Below, in pieces: positions 54,503 to 64,000 of a stretch of 64,000 nucleotides of DNA (its first letter is position 1; the number at the start of each line of letters is the position of its first letter). Below the pieces are notes generated by a model. It was given only the letters and a program-made list of their open reading frames with translations, was not told the DNA's origin and did not search any database. Source of the DNA: the human T2T-CHM13v2.0 reference genome, Homo sapiens; the NCBI RefSeq assembly GCF_009914755.1, contig NC_060935.1; one strand, written 5' to 3'. The position numbers and the translations under genes are program-made.

Positions 54503-54987
54503 TTACTCCAAAGTCCATCATGCTTTGCACCATGCACTATGCTTCTTGTTGGTGTGGTGTAAGAAAGAGGATGTTTGGATAGATCCAATCTGGAATGATT
54601 TCAAAGTGGATGAGGCAGAATAAAAGAGGTCTACAATGTTAGTTTGTAGGAAGTAGAGTGGTTGAATAGTGTACTGTGATTCTAGGCTGGACAGAGATGG
54701 TACCACGGCCATGAATGGAGTAAGGTTCCCAGAAGCCAAGGGAGAAATGAAGGAATTAGATATATTAATGAAGCAGTAATGCAGGGCGACGGACAATTTT
54801 AGCATCATGGCAGAATGAACCAGTGAGGATCTCTGCCACTCCTTTTCTACTGCAAAGACATAGAAATGGTGTTCTTGGGTGCCAAAAGTGAACGAGGAAC
54901 TAAAGTCTGGATCTGTAAACCTGCTGCCTTAGCCAAGGAAATATCAAAGCAGGATATACACTGTATAGGCTAGTTTCCTGGCTTTTA

Positions 54988-55328
<341 letters not shown>

Positions 55329-55599
55329 TCAGGAAACTGAACTGAGATACCTTTTAAATCAAGCCAGGGCTCTGGTGGAGCTACTCCTCAATGAAAGGGG
55401 AAACTAAAAAATCCTCAGGGAAGTTGTAAGGGAAATGGATGTCTTCCCATGTTCAGACTTTTTAATTTGAATTTATCCCATACTTACTGTATTAATTTGA
55501 AGAGGAGATACTAGTATAAAAGCTGAGCCTGGACAATGAAATCCTTCTTGTGCCTGGCAGATGCAGATATAAAGTCACTATGTAACACACTTCTATAAC

Positions 55600-56910
<1,311 letters not shown>

Positions 56911-57189
56911 GTGGTGTTCAAAACAAAGCAGGTCTACTGAGAAAAAGAGAGTCAGCCAGCTGGTAGTTTAGAAAGTTGTGGTCAGAGACTGGCAGATTGA
57001 GGCTTAATATTTTGGAGGTGGAGGAGTCCTGTATATTGATAAATTCCATGTAACCTTGAGAGAGGGTGATTTAAATAGAGTGAGTGGAGTGAGGCTGATT
57101 TAATCCCAGAAAATCAAGAAACTTTCAAGCTGAGATATTAAAGGGATCATCAGTTGTACCATTCTCCTCCATTATCCCAGATACATTCT

Positions 57190-58490
<1,301 letters not shown>

Positions 58491-58517
58491 CTAGAGAGTT
58501 TGAAATCTCAAGGGGAT

Positions 58518-59381
58518 GTGTGATGGTTAATTTTGTATGTCAACTTGGCTAGGTTATGGTGCCCATTTTTTTGGTCAAACACTAGTCTAGATGTCGCTGT
58601 AAAGTTTTTTTTAAAGATGTGATTCATTCTTTTTTTTTTCTTTTTTTTAGAGACAGGATCTCATTCTATTGCCCAGACTGGAGTACAGTAGCACAATTAT
58701 GGCTCACCATAACCTCGAACTCCAGGGCTCAAGTTATCCTCCTGTCTCAGCCTCCCAAATTGCTGGGATTACAGGTATGAGCCATTGGCCTATAATCTTT
58801 TTTTTTTTTTCTGACTTTGACTAAACTAGCTTACCCCCGATAATGTGGGTGGGCCTTATCCACCTAGTTGAAGGCCTGAAGGGCAAAGACTGAGGTTTCT
58901 CAAAGAAGCAGAAATTCTGCCTCAAGACTGCAATATACCTGTAATCTCAGTGCTTTGGGAGTCCAGGGTGGGAGGATCACTTGAGGCCAAGAATTCAAGA
59001 CCAGCCTGGGCAACATAGCAAGACTCCATCTCTACAAAAAATTTTTAAAAAATTAGCCAGGTATGGTGGTGCATGTTGTAGTCCCAGCTACTCAGGAATG
59101 TTGGGAAGATAATTGAGCCCAGGAGTTCGAGGCTGTAGAGCTATGATTGTATGATTGCATTCCAGCCTGAGTGACAGAGTGAGACCCTGTCTCTATATAA
59201 AGAAAGATAGAAAAAAAGACTGCAATATAAAAACCCTGCCTGAGTTTCCTGCCTGCTGGCCTACAGATTTCAGACTTGACAGTCTCCACAATTGTGTGAG
59301 CCAATTCCTTAACATAAATATCTCTCTCTCTGTGCAAATATATCCTATGGGTTCTGTTTCCCTGGAGAACCTTGATTAACA
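58518..59381 (+). mobile_element. MLT2 (C/D-like) LTR with two Alu inserts (~58630-58790 -, ~58936-59217 +)
   Basis: TGTGATGGTTAATTTTGTATGTCAACTTGGC start, GGAGAACCTTGATTAACA end. Confidence 0.85.
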
Positions 59382-60808
59382 TAGGATGCCACAGAATTTA
59401 GTGAGAAGCCTATGCACACAGTGTCAAGGTCCCCAGATAATGAGTGGGGGTTTCTTAGGCAGAGAGTAGGAGACAGCTATAGAATGAAAAAGAGCTATTT
59501 ACTGAAGAGAGTAGGATTTATAGAGTCTAAGAGGAGCATGAGGAACATGCCTCAGTGGTACCTTCAGGCAACAAAATAGGCAGAGTGCACTGATCTTGCC
59601 CCTGACTATGCATCAAGCCTTGTCACCCATCCCTGTCCCTCATGACCAACCCTATTGTCCAACTACCAAAAAATGACTTGCTGCTCCTGGAACCCAACTC
59701 CATACTATCTTATATCTCCCTGACTTCGGTCTTGTAGTTCCTTCTACTAGGAATTCCCTGTCAATCTCTCTCTCTCTGTTTCCTATGTCCCCAGGGCCCT
59801 TTACTCTCTCATACTTCTTACCTCCTTCCCTACCTTTTCTTCCTTTTCTCCAGTCTCATTAAAGCAGTCTGATGCACCATCTTCCTCACTCTTCCAGCAC
59901 GGACACTATGCTGTAATTTTGTTGGTATGTCTTCCTTCTCACTGGTCTATGAGCAAGAGCTGTGACTTTTTACTCAGTATTATATGTATATAGGATAACA
60001 CATATAAAATGTGCTCTGTACATGTTTGTTGCATGAATGAATAAATGAATGCATGAGTGAATAAATGAATTTGACAATGACCATGTACATGGTTGGAACA
60101 GGATTCAGCTAGGATATTCTTACTCCAAAGCCCAGTCTTCTTCCATATATGATGTGATCTAGTTCCTTAGGAATTCTGCATATAGAATCCACCTTTTATG
60201 AAGAAGAATTTCTGTCTGCAGTAGAAGGAAACAACAGATGTGGGGACATTGATAATGAATGCCCATTTAAAAAAGAATAAAACACACCAACACTTGTTTT
60301 ATTTTTATTTTATTTTGTTTCATTTTTTTGGTTAGCTATGCTTTTCTGGTTGCTGACAAGATTCTCAAAGAATTTATCTCAAATATAAAAGGTATTTAGC
60401 ATTTTGCTTTGCCACGGACAAGATATATATTAGAAGTCCCTCTTGCTTCAAAATGAAACCCAGTCTGGAAAGCTCCCGGGCTTATCCATACTCGGTTTAT
60501 TCTAATACACTTTATTACACACAACACTGAGTAGGCATCTGCCCATGTGATTCGATGTCAATGTCCTATAGGGGAGCTGCTCCATTCCTTAATCTCCCCT
60601 GCTGTGGAAGGGGTAGACTTACTTCTAATAATGGGATTCTACATTTAGACATTAATTCCTTTCACTTAAGGCAAATCCTCCTTTCTGTCCAGTGCACCCT
60701 CCAATCTATATCTGTATGTCAGGCTTTTTTCCTAACTCCACACCTAAATAGCCATCTGTTTCTGCCCCACAATCACCTCTAATACAACAGTTCCAAACAG
60801 AACCTAAA

Positions 60809-61863
<1,055 letters not shown>

Positions 61864-62036
61864 TTCTGAGTCTTTATCATGAACGTTTCTTGACTCTTGT
61901 CCCCTGGCCTCTGTGACTGTTGCCACTCTCTTGCTTCAGGTCCTTCATCAGTCCTCACTTTAAATGAGGAGTTGAACCTCTCTTCTGTCCCTTTTCCACA
62001 GTGTAGCCAGGAAGTCTGTTTTAAAGATACAGCTGA

Positions 62037-62353
<317 letters not shown>

Positions 62354-62935
62354 TCTGAACTCTTATGGAATGGCTACTCATTGCCTGTAAGATAAAGTGT
62401 GCACTCCCATATCATATAAGGTATTAACTTTCTGAGCCTCATCCAGCTCTCCAATATTCATCTTCTTCCCACCCCATTTCTACTGACTTCATAAGTTTCC
62501 ATGTTTTTTTCAGTCTCATGTTCTCTTTACTCTATCTTTTTACATGTTAGTCCTCTTTTCTGAGAAGCCGTTTCCCCATTTCACCTGGCCAACTAATACA
62601 CGTTCGTTGAGACTCAGCTCAGTCACTTACATTCTTTCAAAAGTGTTCCCAGACATTTCTCACGTAAGCTAAATGTTCCCATCAATGTACTTCCCAAGGT
62701 CCCTATCCTTACCAGTATCATGGTACTCATCCACATGGTATTGTCTGCTAATTTACTTCCATGCCTTTCTAAGTAGATTATAAAGTCCTTTATGAAGAAT
62801 ACTTTATGTATCTTTGAAAGCTGGGGACCTACCAGACAGCTGATATTTGGTTAGTGTTCAATAAATTTTGGTTAAGAAAAAAAGTTAAATGACACTTAGT
62901 GGATAGTCTGAGAGGGTTATGAAAACACATTTTAA

Positions 62936-63060
62936 GCCTGACAAGGTGGTGCGTGCCTCTAGTCTCAGCTACTTCATAGGCTGAAGTGGGAGGATCCCTT
63001 GAGCCTAGCAGTTAGAGGCCAGTCTGGGCAACAGAGTGAGACTCCATCTCTTAAAAAAAT
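62936..63060 (+). mobile_element. FLAM-like Alu monomer
   Basis: Single monomer with short A-tail. Confidence 0.8.
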
Positions 63061-63137
63061 ATTTAACATCCTGAATCCCCTTCCCGCAAAAAAAGAAAAA
63101 GGAAAGAACACATTTTGTCTTCAACATAATTTAAACT

Positions 63138-64000
<863 letters not shown>

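Overview
Human (primate) genomic DNA, very repeat-rich (about 45 Alu/7SL-derived copies plus L1, L2, MIR, LTR and DNA-transposon fossils), with no intact protein-coding ORF. The landmark is a CpG-island promoter (~25.9-27.9 kb) with a probably non-coding first exon on the minus strand (donor CAG|GTAACG at 26213/26212). Positions 1-26212 are therefore most likely intron 1 and 27-64 kb upstream intergenic DNA. From memory only, the layout resembles the ARHGAP32 5' end / DDX18P5 region at 11q24.3; this is unverified. The intron holds a full-length DDX18 processed pseudogene with TSDs, a MER85 piggyBac MITE, a 5'-only U3 snoRNA pseudogene, a 7SL pseudogene fused behind a FLAM, an L1PB-type 3' fragment, and an Alu carrying a 72-bp copy of the neighbouring L1. 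Upstream lie a solo LTR10C with p53-like half-sites and a ~12-kb decayed two-LTR provirus (MER67-like, tRNA-Leu PBS) that splits an L2. That provirus hosts a CpG-rich 343-bp solo LTR and an LTR12C inside an Alu. I cannot support a genuinely new biological system. The best leads are regulatory or mechanistic: a stack of co-oriented LTR promoters upstream of the gene, the CpG-rich solo LTR, a Kozak-context uORF in exon 1, and the locally templated L1 insertion. Repeat subfamily names come from recall of consensus sequences, and boundaries without TSDs are approximate.
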